From: Marsupella aquatica
Lineage: Eukaryota; Plantae; Marchantiophyta
Direction: 5' to 3'
NCBI GenBank assembly: GCA_973895155.1
Contig: OZ316892.1
Coordinates: 2,173,223 to 2,237,222, forward strand
DNA: 64,000 bases
Part shown: piece after piece, positions 27,316 through 39,645 of the stretch
How the letters are laid out: each line of letters begins with the position of its first letter
Position numbering within the stretch: the stretch's first letter is position 1
The notes under the pieces: generated by a model
The model's database searches: none
What the model was told of the DNA's origin: nothing
What the model saw: the letters and a program-made list of their open reading frames with translations, nothing else
Program-made: the position numbers and the translations under genes

Positions 27316-27438
27316 ACATTTCAATCTAAATGAGACAAGATAACCAAAGAGTGTCCCACCATATAGCAGCCTAGGGACATTTCAATCTAAATGAGACAAG
27401 ATAACCAAAGAGTGTCCCACCATATAGCAGCCTAGGGA
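27316..27438. repeat. 61-bp perfect tandem duplication
   Basis: acatttcaatctaaatgagacaagataaccaaagagtgtcccaccatatagcagcctaggg occurs twice, followed by an (AT)n tract at ~27461-27492. Confidence 0.9.
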
Positions 27439-27457
27439 AATTTCCAAATCGAGTATG

Positions 27458-27495
<38 letters not shown>

Positions 27496-28369
27496 CTTTA
27501 TCCAAAATGGATGTCCCAACAAAGTACCATTTCATGGCCCTTCAAACCACAAGTGCTGAAAACCAGTATTGTACCAACAAAAAACAAAACTAAACAGCAC
27601 CGTAAATCAGCCAGAAATAAAGACTGTCAGTCTGTTGATTAGAAAATCCGAGGAGAGTCAGAAGCCCATGATTCTAACGAGAAGCACTTCTGAGTTTAGG
27701 AAAGAGAGGAGCCCCTGACGTCTAACACAACTCTATATATACAACCTTTGCGTACTTATCCCACCCCTTTTATTATCTGTTTGTCCATCCATGTGTAATG
27801 CCACAAAATCCATGATATTCAGTCAATATAGATCCTGGAACATGCCTCTTTTTTTGGAACTTACTTAAAGTCCAGTTGGACTCATACATTGTCTATGAAG
27901 CCCCCATGGACAAACCAAACTTAGATGAACTTGACTCAAACATACATATATGCTTGGATACTCTTTGTTACACTTGTCTCCAAAATACCATGTCAGATCA
28001 TCATTTTTGTTCACCTGTCCTTAAAGTACCTTGTCAAAGCAGCACCTGTGTACATTTTTGTCCATTCAAAGATACCATGTACCAACCTGATCAACATTGA
28101 TTGCAAGCATCCTGGCTTCTATTCTCTTAATATCTTTTTCCCTCAAGCTAGTTACTTTAACCATTTTCTTAGAGTTCAATAAAAAACGATAAAATATGTA
28201 AGGTATGTTTAGGTATTTCCATGCCTTATCTGGCCTTTATGGTAATAAAATTATATAGACTAAGCTCTTCACAATTTACTCTAGCACCTCAAGTGAATAT
28301 ACACATACTTTATACAGAAAAAGGCCAAATAGAGTTCAAAAGAATAAACAAGAGAGGTCCCAAGTGGAC

Positions 28370-29290
28370 AAAACCAAACGCAAAAGAAGTGAGCAAAAGG
28401 AAACCCTAAAAACCAAGAAAGAGGAACTAAAAGAAGTGAGTAAAAGGTAACCCCTAAAAACCAAGAAAGAGGAACTAAAACTACCGCAAATGGACCGAGG
28501 TCCTCATCATACCTAGCAAATGTGGCTACAAGCTAGTGGTCTACATCAAGTGTCGAAACTAGATCGGCAAGTGGGACAGGAATGTCCTCTAGGGGGGCTA
28601 GCCGCTGCGGAGTCACACTAGCACCCACTGTCAGAGATCGACGATAGACGGCCCGAGCTTGAGCACGCTGTAAGGTGACTGAAATGCGTTGGCGAAAGTG
28701 CGTGGTCAAAACAGATAGCGGGGGCCCGGTGGGACCCATCCGGCTGTGAACATCCCGAGCAGCTTGGCGAAGAAGCCCGTCGAACTGATGATGGAGACGC
28801 CCAAATATCTCAAGAGCAAGGGGCAGGAAGCTATCAGATGAAGCTCGTGCAACATATTTGGCCTCCTTCATTGTTGCTGCTCGTGATGCTGCTGCCCCTG
28901 CCGTTGTTGCCGCTGTCCCAATGATGTCTTGGCGCAATGGGTTTGCCACCACTACATCTGCCAAAGTACGGTGACCGTCACAGACCATGGTAAGATCCAC
29001 CCGTAACCGCTGTGATGGAGGACCAGGTAACTCGAGCACCACCTCCCGCCGCGCGCAGACCAAAGAGCCAGAGAGAACCTGAGCAGTCGCATCTCTCACA
29101 GCGTCGTGAACAAAAATGGTTTTGCCGCCCAAACTGCATCGAAGAAGATGGACACCTGTGGCATCACAAGGCTTCCCACAAGTGCAAGTAGGAGGTAAAC
29201 CAGCAAGAAGTGGGTGGGGCAAGCCCATACGAAGACGCATGGCTGTCGCAAACTCCGCTGAAAACATCCGCAGGTGAGGAATGACTCAAG
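28370..29290 (-). mobile_element. RLE-type (CRE-like) non-LTR retrotransposon, 5'-truncated; ORF 28533-29267 open for 244 aa
   Basis: Zn-knuckle CTCG..H...C..H followed by restriction-like endonuclease-type motifs (HDAVRD, RVD..ADV, KEAKY, FLPLALE.FG). No RT domain is present. The repeated T-rich 3' tail resembles the copy at 380-1190. Confidence 0.75.
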
Positions 29291-29547
29291 TAGTTTGTTC
29301 AATGAGCAACAGCAAAATTAATTCAATTTTTTTCTCAAGAATATTTTTTTGTTTATAATAGATCACAAAAATCCCATAAAAGGGGGCAAGAAGCAACACA
29401 ATCCCCGTGAACCAATATAACAATTTTCACAGTTAGGAAAACTGGGTGCAAATCTTGATTTTCACAAACCATTGCTCTTGAGATGAAATTGTATTTTCCA
29501 TAGAGTATCGCTTTTGTGTCAAGGAGAGGTTTGACTTATTTTGCTGC

Positions 29548-29891
29548 TGTTAGATATTGCTCTAGTCTTGTGACTCATGAGCTAACCACAGTTAGTCTAA
29601 CTCGGGTTAGGACTTAGCTAATGTTAGCGGTTGTGCAATTGTGCATATAGCCAGGGCTGAAGCCAGACCCTGGTGGAACTTAGGCTCATTGTTACGGAGC
29701 TAGTTGAGAGATAGGGAGAGCTTGTGCTGTGAATGCTTGGTATGGCCGGTCAGCCTAGAGTGCAATAAAACTCTTGTGTGTTCCCGTGGACGTAGCCTCA
29801 TGTGGAGGTGAACCACGTATCTCTCTGTGTCGACTATTGTGCATTGGATGGTTCATGGGCTTGCCGTTACGAATGTTGTCTATGCTCAACA
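29548..29891 (+). mobile_element. Solo LTR, Ty1/copia type (344 bp)
   Basis: TGTT...AACA termini and 5-bp flanks gctgc/gctgg (4/5 match). Internal AATAAA is followed by cccgtggacgtag...gaaccacgta, a motif typical of plant copia LTRs. Confidence 0.75.
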
Positions 29892-30790
29892 GCTGGAACT
29901 GAAAGCTATCTCAAATTTTAATCTAAGAGAGTATTGTTGAGAAATGATATTTTCCAAAGAACGCTGATCTTGTTACAATAAGGGTTTCGAGTACTTTGTC
30001 GTCACAAAGGTCTCAACAATTTCAAATACAATAGATGTATACCTTTGTTTCATTCAATACATATTTTCAGTTCATTTTCAAGTGTGAAGAGTCTCTTAAC
30101 ATACTTGAAATGTAGGTAAACATTTAATTAGAACATTGATTACCTAGTTTTTCTCATCATTAGGTGTAAAATGCTTAGTTTATGTGTCACTGTCCATGGG
30201 GATGATGGAAGACAACCTTCAAGTCCATCCAGGCTTTGGTTTCTTTTTTTTGTCTTGTAGTGATTTTAATTCATTTGATTTCTTTTATGATAAAAGAGTA
30301 GATACATGTAAAATATATGCCAATAAATTAATAAATATTAATTAAGAGGGAGTACACATGCAAAGAAAAGCACATTATGACCAAGTAAGTACAAAGGGTA
30401 TTAAAGACTTGTGCACATGTACAATACATATTCTCATTTGCTTCTAGGTAATGATAATCAACTCAATTAAAACCATAGATTTTGTAAAAGAAACCGGGAG
30501 GAGCACATTGTTTAAACTCTCATTTCTCTCACTCTCATGAGAAAAAAGATAATTAATATTAAACATTTAAGAGGGGAGCCAAGTACTTCAAGATACTCAG
30601 TTCACTAAATTAAAAGGGACCAAAAATTAAATAAAAATTAAATTAATACAAATAGTTCACCTAGTTCAATGACAAAATCTGAAAGGTATATTCATTAAAG
30701 AACTGTGTAATGCCACAAAATCCATGATCTTCAGCCAACTACCGCAGCTAGAGGCATGACACGGTTAGTTGTGAGATCTTCGTGATATAT

Positions 30791-33348
30791 CTAGTAGTCG
30801 AAGGTACAGGAGGCACGTAAGAACCCAACCCGGCTCTCCTCCAGGTCATACTCAACAAGGAAGTTCTGCTGCGCAACACTGCCGATGATATTCATGTTGG
30901 TAGTAGCATTTTGAATGCTGAACTGGTAGAGATTATCCGAGACAGGTAGGAGGATATTGTCCTTGGGTAGGAACACTTCGATTTCTTCCTCCCGTTCACC
31001 CTACAATATGGATAGCACCACAAAACCATTTCAATTAATCGTACCTCACACCATTGAATTTGCGAAACGTAGCCAGCAGCTAAAACTGTCGTAAAGTAAT
31101 CTATGTCCGACACATTTACACAGCCATGATCAGTTATGCATTGGTAAACAAACTCTCCAAGCGGATTCTCTCACACAGGGACGAGGTGAATCTGAGATTA
31201 GACCTTCGGTCATGAGTTGGAACTGTTGACATCCTACGACAACACTTGGTCAATGAAATACTCACGTGAGCATGCTGAGACTGCCACTTTTGGAAGATGA
31301 AGCTGACGGTAGGGAACAGATATCCGTCGAAGACATCCCTGGTGATATTAAAAAACCAAATACCGTTCGCAGCAATTGGTATTGTTTCTAATGGTGTACT
31401 GTGGTTTAAATAGGCGTTCACAAACCTAGAAAAGTAAGGCTCCCGAAGTTTGGTCAGTGTCGTGCCAGAATCAATTATGGTCATAATTTGATTGAGTTGT
31501 ACTGACTCCAGGGTGAGCTCCTGAGGATCGATTGAAATGCGAATTCCTGCCACTGTGATAGCAGTCATGTTCAGGGCGTAGAAAGAATGCACAGCTTTGG
31601 GGACAATAGGAGTCCACAGGGTTTTGGACTTATATAGGTGTTTGGTAGACGTATAGAGGGAGTTGGTTTCAGACTCGTCGATCTCGCCAAACGACAGGAA
31701 ACTTGTGGTACTATATTCTGCTGCTTCGTTCGGGAAACAGTACCTGCATATCCGATCCATCAGTAGATCAAATGATCAATAAATTATCAGATTAGCTTTA
31801 ATGCCCACAGCGAAACAGAACACACGCAGCCACAGAAATCCAGAGCAATTTTGAACAAGTTCGACCGGAAATTGCTCTGAAAGAGTCTTTGAATCAAGGC
31901 AAGTAGATCCAAATCAAGCTAGATTTTGAGTCCTAGTTAGATGTATCAATCTATCCAGCTAACGCTATATGTGCATGATAATGTACTTTGAAGTTGGTCT
32001 CTTGAAACGATTACTTCTTCTCCAGAGTAGAACCTGAACGGGTTATCCAGCGTGGTGCGTGGACTCGGGCTTCTGCATGGGAGTAGACTGGAAGGGACTA
32101 GCTTCGGTTGTAAGTTTTGTTGATAATCTCTTCAGGTTATCAAAGATTCCCTGGTCTCTGAATTTCACGTCTTTAGACTCTGAGCACATTCCTGACTGAG
32201 TGATTCAACTTACAGTCATGATGAGGTATATAGCGCTTACCGGAATTGCTTGGAGAATTTTCTGAACTTGCCGTTACTTAGCGTTCGGAGCTGTGCCAAG
32301 AATGGAGATGGAAATCCCGGTGGTGCCGGAATCAAACCCATGATCCCAGAGAGGTACCTAAAACCAGTGTTGTTCAGAGTAACAACGAACTCAAACTCTG
32401 GAAGGACGACCTGGTTGCCGTCTCCAGAACCAATGGTCAGCGTTTCTCTCGCTCCGTACCCGATGGCAACAACACTGCCATCACCATATGCCATCGTCCG
32501 CGGGACATAGGAGCCGTTCACAATTTCTGGCTCGAAGGTGGATGAGATAGTGGGGTCATATGTAGGCAGAATCTCAGTAACGCACTTGATGCATTGCTTG
32601 CTTTGGGCCCAGAAATATGGGCTTCCAGTGTCGATCTGCAGGAGCAAACTCTGTAGCAATACATACAAAGTTCCACAGTTGTTATTTCGTGCCTTAATTG
32701 GATGTAAACCTTTGGGAGGATCCATGCCGGCCCGTCCACCTTAGAGCTGAATTCAATTTCATGTAAACGGGCAATGATGAGACAGCGTTCTAGCTGAACA
32801 AGCTATAGTTACTTGCAGTGAAACTAAGAATGCAAACTGTCCAACTGCCATCAGATTGTTTCTGCATCTCAATCATCTTGACATCGAATTGAAGGTACGC
32901 GAATACAGGTGAGCTCTTACTTCGGGAACAACTTGTTGTACCAAGCCAAGAGGAAGCGTACCTGCGGGGGAGTGCCGATCTGCAGTTGCGCAAAGAAAGT
33001 ACCGTGACGAACGTCAATGTCAGTCGCCGGGACTGTGAGTGCATCCGGCTTCCTGCGGAGCCCTCGACGAAGAGATTCCGGGATGTCCGACTGAGCGCGC
33101 TGAGAGCTGGAGTCCCTGGTCGGCTGCGGCATCCTGACCTCTCGGCGTACGATGGGGAAACTGTTCCTTGGAACAGTGCCATAGATCTCTTTCAAGGTAG
33201 GGACGTGCTCCAGTCCTTCGTCAGATGATGCACAAACTCGCGGGGAGCTGAAAACTGAAGTGAAAGCAAGGGTGAGAACGAGGAGAGACAAGTCGCGACG
33301 GAGCCCATTCTGTTTCACCCGTATTCTGGATGTATCGGATGCAGCCAT
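30791..33348 (-). CDS. Aspartic protease A1, copy 4
   Basis: Exons 33348-32962, 32650-32241, 31743-31266 and 31000-30791; DTGS and DSGT intact. Confidence 0.93.
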
Positions 33349-36264
33349 GTTTCTTCTTTTCAGCCGATAGCTACACACACCTGCAGCTCCATGAATGATT
33401 GATCCTTCAGCTGATGATTACCGTTGGTAGAAACTTTACGCCCTGCAGTGAGCGTGATTTGCATTATGTGCTACTGCTTTTATAGGTGTTCCCGATCGAT
33501 GTGTTCGGCTGGATCTCGTGTTCTTTGTTTAATTAATAAATCATTGCCAGATTAGAGCGGGTATCGCTAATTGTATCCAGTTCACTTTCTTAGAAATGGT
33601 CAGCAGGAGTTCTCTTCGAAATGGTCAGAAGTCAGGCTAATTACGCAATGAGAAAGATGGGGAGCTGTCTAGCTAGGTTAGTGCGCTAAACACTTAGAAA
33701 TGGTCAACTGTCCTGCCGCGATAGTGGGCTAAATTAGATAACTAAGGTGAGCCGCGCAACTAATTAAATTATAAATAATTTGACTTAGTTTGCCTTGACC
33801 ATGAACGACTCCACGTGTACCGTCAACTGTCTATGAATATAATTATGGCAAGTCACCCTCTTGAATTCTTTGAAAGCCTGTGAACTTCCTTAGATGGCAA
33901 GTCATTGCCTGAGCATTTGTCACACAGCTTGTATTATCCATGCAGAGAGTTGGGGCCCAGATGTTCAACACGTTAGGTACTCCAAAACTATTGAAAATGT
34001 GACTAGTGAGATCAAGAAATTGTAACAAAATTCATAACAACAGGAGCTATACTAGACTAGTAAGGTACAAAGCTATTTCCGAACCAAATTTTAACAAGCC
34101 CTAGACAAACTGATTCAGAAACTAGAAGGGTGTCAAATAAGAATTTGTAAAAGGCCTCAGGTCTAGAGGGTTCCAAAGGGCTCAATTCATACTGGCTTCA
34201 ATTTGGAACATACCAGCTTTGGAAAAACATTCTCTCCCCTGGACACGTGATGATCACCTCATCCAGAACCAGCTTCTGTAATAAATGTCTAAAGTGGCCG
34301 TTTGTTGCCCTGATTACCCTATCGAGGACCGTGCTTTGCATCTATGCATGGGATCATTTTCTCCAATTCTGCATGCCCTTTGGCGACGTACGAGTCCTGA
34401 GCAGCGACCCTGTAGGGCACGTAGGCTATTTTGGTCAATATGAGGGTAGGGCCTCTCCATGCCCAGGTACTCCTATGGTGGCAATTCTTATCCTGTCCAA
34501 TCATGATTTGGAGAAAAGAGTACCAAATTATTTATAAAGTACAATCAAGTAAACGCAAAAACAAAAGTGGTCCCTAGAGATAAACAAGGAACACAAAGAA
34601 AGGGCACATGCCAACTCCAAACTAAGCCAATGATGAGCCAATTCTGTAATGGTAAAAGTTTAGTAGTGTCTTGACTAAGGTCAGACTCGCATGTGGAGTG
34701 TCCTAAGAAATGCGGCCTTCAACCTCAGTAGTGGGAGGATATGTTTCAGCGAGAGTTTCCTTGCCTAGCCCCCTCATGCGGCAGTCCTGACTGCGCTCAA
34801 TGTGGGGTCCCAAGTGCAGGTACCGAACTTTCACTTGACAATAAAACAAAGGAGTGCCAGTGACAAATGTCGCGAAACGGCTGCGCTAATTATAGAGTGC
34901 AACTGTTCACGATTATGAGAGTCACCCTGCAAACTTCGCCCTGCATTTTGAAATCGTTAGCTTTTTGCTCGGTTTGAATGAAATCATGAGCTTCTCTGCC
35001 CATCGACACTTTGCAGCTTTCTTTCTTACTTGATGAGCTCACGATAATCACTGAACTTTGGTCTGAGCATTGCACGAAGTATTTTCCTGAGAGTGTGAGA
35101 TATTCCTGGGAGTAGCGGCCCATCCTAGAGCGTTTTTGTCATCGATCACAAGGTAAGATTTGACTGCTGTACGTACATGACTGCTTCTGTTGCCATGCAA
35201 GTTCTTCAATTTCTTAATTGAGACAGCTGGAAGGAAGAGGGTTGTGTTGTTGAAAGAACGTGAGTGGGTTCTCGCTTTGCACTCCTGTCAACTATTTTTT
35301 GTCTCTATCTATATTTCTCTGTCTCGAGCTCGAGTTCAAGAGCACAGTCTTCAATCAAGGCTCCGAGCTGTTCTCTTGGCTGCTGTAGCCTCCCTAGAAC
35401 CAAGGACCGCATAGTTTAAACTGATTTCGATGGATCAACTTGGGCCGTTAATCCAAAAAGGGTCAAAAGCCTATGATTCTAACGGGGAAGTATTATTCAA
35501 ATGTTTGTAAACAAAGCCCTCAAGAGGCGCCCATCTTGGGGGGGTCATTGCATGGAGGGCCATACATCGCGTGCGAAGTTTTAGGGTTTGATCTCCCTAA
35601 CTTATAAGTGAAAAATATTTTTTTGCAAAACCCTTTCTTTCTTTAGTGCATTGATAGAGTCACTCCTCATTTTCTTTGTGTTGTGTGATCTCTTCTTGCT
35701 TGGAAACCACGGGTGCCCTTCATTTTCATTCACACTACATTAAATGTTCTTTTTGCATTATTCCTTATCTTTGCTTACATGTTTTTATGTTTGTCATTTA
35801 AAGTACACTGCAAATTTGAAAGACGACCACTCTATAAAATGACGCAACCTTGCAGTATAGTACTTAATATCATTCCGTACCATGATAGACCTATATCCTA
35901 TATTGTCACATTTTGATTTACAATTAGTGATCGATAGACAGTCCTCTATGCATGGAAGGAGGGTGAATTTATGCAATGAAGGAGGGTGAATCTTACATAT
36001 AAAATGCCAAGGGGAGCTAGAGTAGAGGTCTAGCTACTCTTCTAGAGTGAAGCCTCTAGATCATCATGACTCTACGGCCTCACCATAATACATGATTGTG
36101 CATAGAAGAAAATATGTTATGATATGTATGATTGCTAAAATGATGAGGCAAGGCTTCAGATGGTTTTTTTTAATTATTTCATTAACCTTCAAAGAATGGT
36201 AGTAGTAAATATATTTTGTTGAGTGACGCCTCTATTGTCCCCTCCTCTTTTCACGTGCAGGTAT

Positions 36265-36920
36265 TTGAACAAGAAAATATTTAACAGGACCCTCTGGCAT
36301 GAAGACTTAACAGACCCTTGTGACTGCCCATCTTGCCCAGGTCTGCCCATCTTGCCCACGTCTTGATGGCATCTTACTCACATGGGTCTGGTTAAGTCCA
36401 GGAGATGATGCCATGATTGAAGACTTAACTTACCCGTGTGACTCTGTCCATCTTGCCCAGGTCTTGATGCCATCTTACTCACATGGGTCTGGTTAAGTCC
36501 AGGAGATGCAAGAGGGGTACTGTTAAGTCTTTTCTTGGTATTTGAACTGATAGTTAGAACTAGTTAACATCAGATATTACTCTTAAGCCTTTTCTTGGTA
36601 TTTGGACAGGTAGTGGGGACTAGTTAACATCATGATGTTTATGGATGGCATCTTACTCACATGGGTTTGGTTAAGTCCAGGAGATGATGCCATGAATACT
36701 TAACCTACCCGTGTGACTCTGCCCATCTTGCCCAGGTCTTGATGGCATCTTACTCACATGGATCTGGTTAAGTCCAGGAGATGCAAGGGGGGTACTGTTA
36801 AGTCTTTTCTTGGTAATTATTTGAACTGGTAGTTGGAACTAGTTAACATCAGATATTACTCTTAAGCCTTTTCTTGGTATTTGAACAGGTAATCGGGACT
36901 AGTTAACATCATGATGTTTT
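36265..36920. repeat. Complex fold-back / higher-order tandem repeat
   Basis: gacttaac..ccc.tgtga and its reverse complement tcacatgggtctggttaagtc each recur 3-4 times, with a ~280-bp higher-order period (36365 vs 36644). Confidence 0.85.
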
Positions 36921-37320
36921 GGAGTACATAAAACATGGAGTAGGTGCTTGGCCAAGTCACCATCATTATATTTATAGAGTGCATTAAACATGGAGTAGTT
37001 GCTTGGCCACGTCAACATCAGTCAAATTCAAATGATTAATTAGTTGAGTCAAACTAATTTAACTAATTTGATTTTATGAGTTCTATAGCTCACATCATTA
37101 TCTAATTCTAATTAAGCTCACTAACCAAGAGGTGGCTTCACAAGAACACGAATGAGAACTTTTCGCACACATATATGAGTAGTAGCACATAAAGTCCAAT
37201 TAGCAGTATTTGGGAGATGCTGGTTAGCGTGCAATCTCCCAACGGTAATCAGCCGCTGAAGGTGAATCATTCATCGATCGAGCTGCAGGTGTAAGTAGCT
37301 ATCGGCTGAAAAGAAGAAAG

Positions 37321-39262
37321 ATGGCTGCGTCCGATGCATTCAGAATAGGGGTGAAACAGAAAGGGCTCCGTATCGACTTGTCTCTCCTCGTTCTCACCCT
37401 TGCTTTCACTTCAGTTTTCAGCTTCCCGCGAGTTTGTGCATCATCTGACGAAGGACTGGAGCACGTCCCTACCTTGAAAGAGATCTATGGCACTGTTCCA
37501 AGGAACAGTTTCCCCATCGTACGCCGAGAGATCAGGATGCCGCAGCCGAACAGGGACTCCAGCTCTCAGCGCGCTCAGTCGGGCTTCTCGGAATCTCATT
37601 GTCGCGGGCAGTAATCCAGATGCACTCAGAGTCCCGACGACTGACATTAACATTGATCAAGATGAATTATATGCGCAACTGCAGATCGGCACTCCCCCGC
37701 AAGTACGTTTCTACAAGAAGTCATTCCGGACGTACGAGCTCACCTGTATTCGCGCACGTTCAATTTGATGTCAAGATGTGTGACATATATGATGTATGAC
37801 ACCCTTGCATACCGTGATAACCCTAGTTTTTTTTCTTTCAATCAATGAATGCAGCCACATTTTGATGTGTGATTACCAGCAGGGATGCTTGAGATGTAGA
37901 AACAATCTGATGGCAGTTGGACAGTTTGCATTCTTAATTTCACTGCAAGTAACTATAGCTTGTTCACCGAGAACGCTGTCCCATCATTGCCCATTTATTT
38001 GAAATTGAGCTCATCTCTAAGGTCGAAGGGCACTCAGGTATGGATCCTCCCAAAGGTTTACGACTAAGTCACGAAATAATAGCTGTCAAACTTTGTTCGT
38101 ATTGCTTCAGAGCTTGCTGATGATCATCGACACCGGAAGCCAACCCTTTTGGGCCCAAAGTAAGCATTGCATCGAGTGCTTTACTGAACTTCTGCCTCGA
38201 TATGACCCCACTGTCTCATCCACCTTCGAAGCAGAAATTGTGAACGGCTCTTATGTCTCATATGCTGATGGCGGTGTTAACGTAGGATACGTAGCGAGGG
38301 AAACGCTGACCATTGGTTCTGGTGGCAGCAACTTAACCAGATCGTCATTCCAGAGTTTGAGTTCGCTGTTTCTGTCAACAATACTGGTAGTAACAATGAA
38401 TACTCTGGGATCATGGGTTTGATCCCGTCACCACCGGGAGCTCCATCTCCATTCTTGGCACAGCTCGAAACGCTAAGTAACGGCAGGCTCAGAAAATTCT
38501 CCAAGCAGTTCCGGTAAGCTCAATCAATTAAGCACAACCTTATGCTGAGTTGCTGACTGCGCAGAGTCTAAAGATATGAAATTCAGAGACCAGAGAATAC
38601 TCGATGACTTGAAGCGCTGTTTAGCAAACATTTATAATCGAAGGTAGTCCGTTGCAGCTAGCTAGTCTACTTCCATGCACAGAAGCCTGAGTGCCCACAA
38701 CAGGATGGCTAATACATTCAGGTTTCACTCTGGAGAAGAAGTAAAAGTTTCAAAAGGTTGACTTTTAAGTAGATTATCATGCACACCCTAGCTAGCGTTA
38801 GTTGGCAAGTTAGATTCATCTAACTAGGACTGAAGATCTAGCTTGAATTTTACTTGCTTGATTTAATTTAAGACTCTTCCAGTCCAATTTCCGTTCGGAC
38901 ATTCATGTTCAACATTACTCTGGATATATGTTAGTTGCTGTAGTCCATTTCGCTAGCTGTTCTGATGAGTCAACATTTGATCTGCGGATGGATGCGATAT
39001 GCAGATACTGCTTCCCGGACAAAGCAACGGAATATAGTACCACAAGTTTCCTGTCGTTTGGCGAGTCTGAACGACTCCCTCTTTTCGTCTACCAAACACC
39101 TACACAAGTCCAAAACCCTGTGGACTCCTATTGTCCCCGACGCTGTGAATTCATTCTACGCCCTGAACATGACTGCCATCACAGTGGCAGGAAATCGCAT
39201 TTCAATCGATCCCCAGGAGCTCACCTTAGAGTCAGTACAAGTCCGTCTAATTATGACCACAT
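37321..39262 (+). pseudogene. Inverted aspartic protease pseudogene (copy 5)
   Basis: Exon 1 (37321-37702) is 5 nt short, giving TAA at 37612-37614. Exon 2 (38111-38513) is frameshifted. Exon 3 (from 39005) is frameshifted and homology stops just before the second catalytic DSG. Exon 4 is absent. Confidence 0.9.
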
Positions 39263-39459
39263 CTTTCTGTTCTGAAGTAGTAGTGAAAACTAGCTCTGTT
39301 AGATTGGTAAGTGAAAAATATTCCCAAACCACTTACATAAACAAGCCCCAAAACAACTGATTCCATGGATTTCAAGAGAGACATTGAAGGAATCAGTTTG
39401 CTATTAAACTTTTTGAGAAACGAGAAGGGTGTGTGTCAGCCTTCTTTTATTGGCAAAAA

Positions 39460-39645
39460 CTTGCCAAATCCTGCCTTGGGATTAGGTAGTGGCTATCTTA
39501 AGAGAGGAAACTAAGTTTTGAATTTTTTTCAAAAACTTTACCAAACCCTAAAATTTGCCAAATCCTGCCTTGGGATTAGGTAGTGGCTATCTTAAGAGAG
39601 GAAACTAAGTTTTGAATTTTTTTCAAAAACTTTACCAAACCCTAA
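39460..39645. repeat. ~94-bp tandem duplication
   Basis: ttgccaaatcctgccttgggattaggtagtggc...ccaaaccctaa occurs twice. Confidence 0.9.

Noticed and set aside
34680-35500. Captured gene fragment or Pack-type element upstream of copy 4
   Set aside because: Only a donor-like AG|GTAAG and a TIR-like start are visible, with no partner end or coding homology.
36265-36920. CRISPR-like array
   Set aside because: Eukaryotic context, the spacers are themselves repeated, and there are no cas genes.
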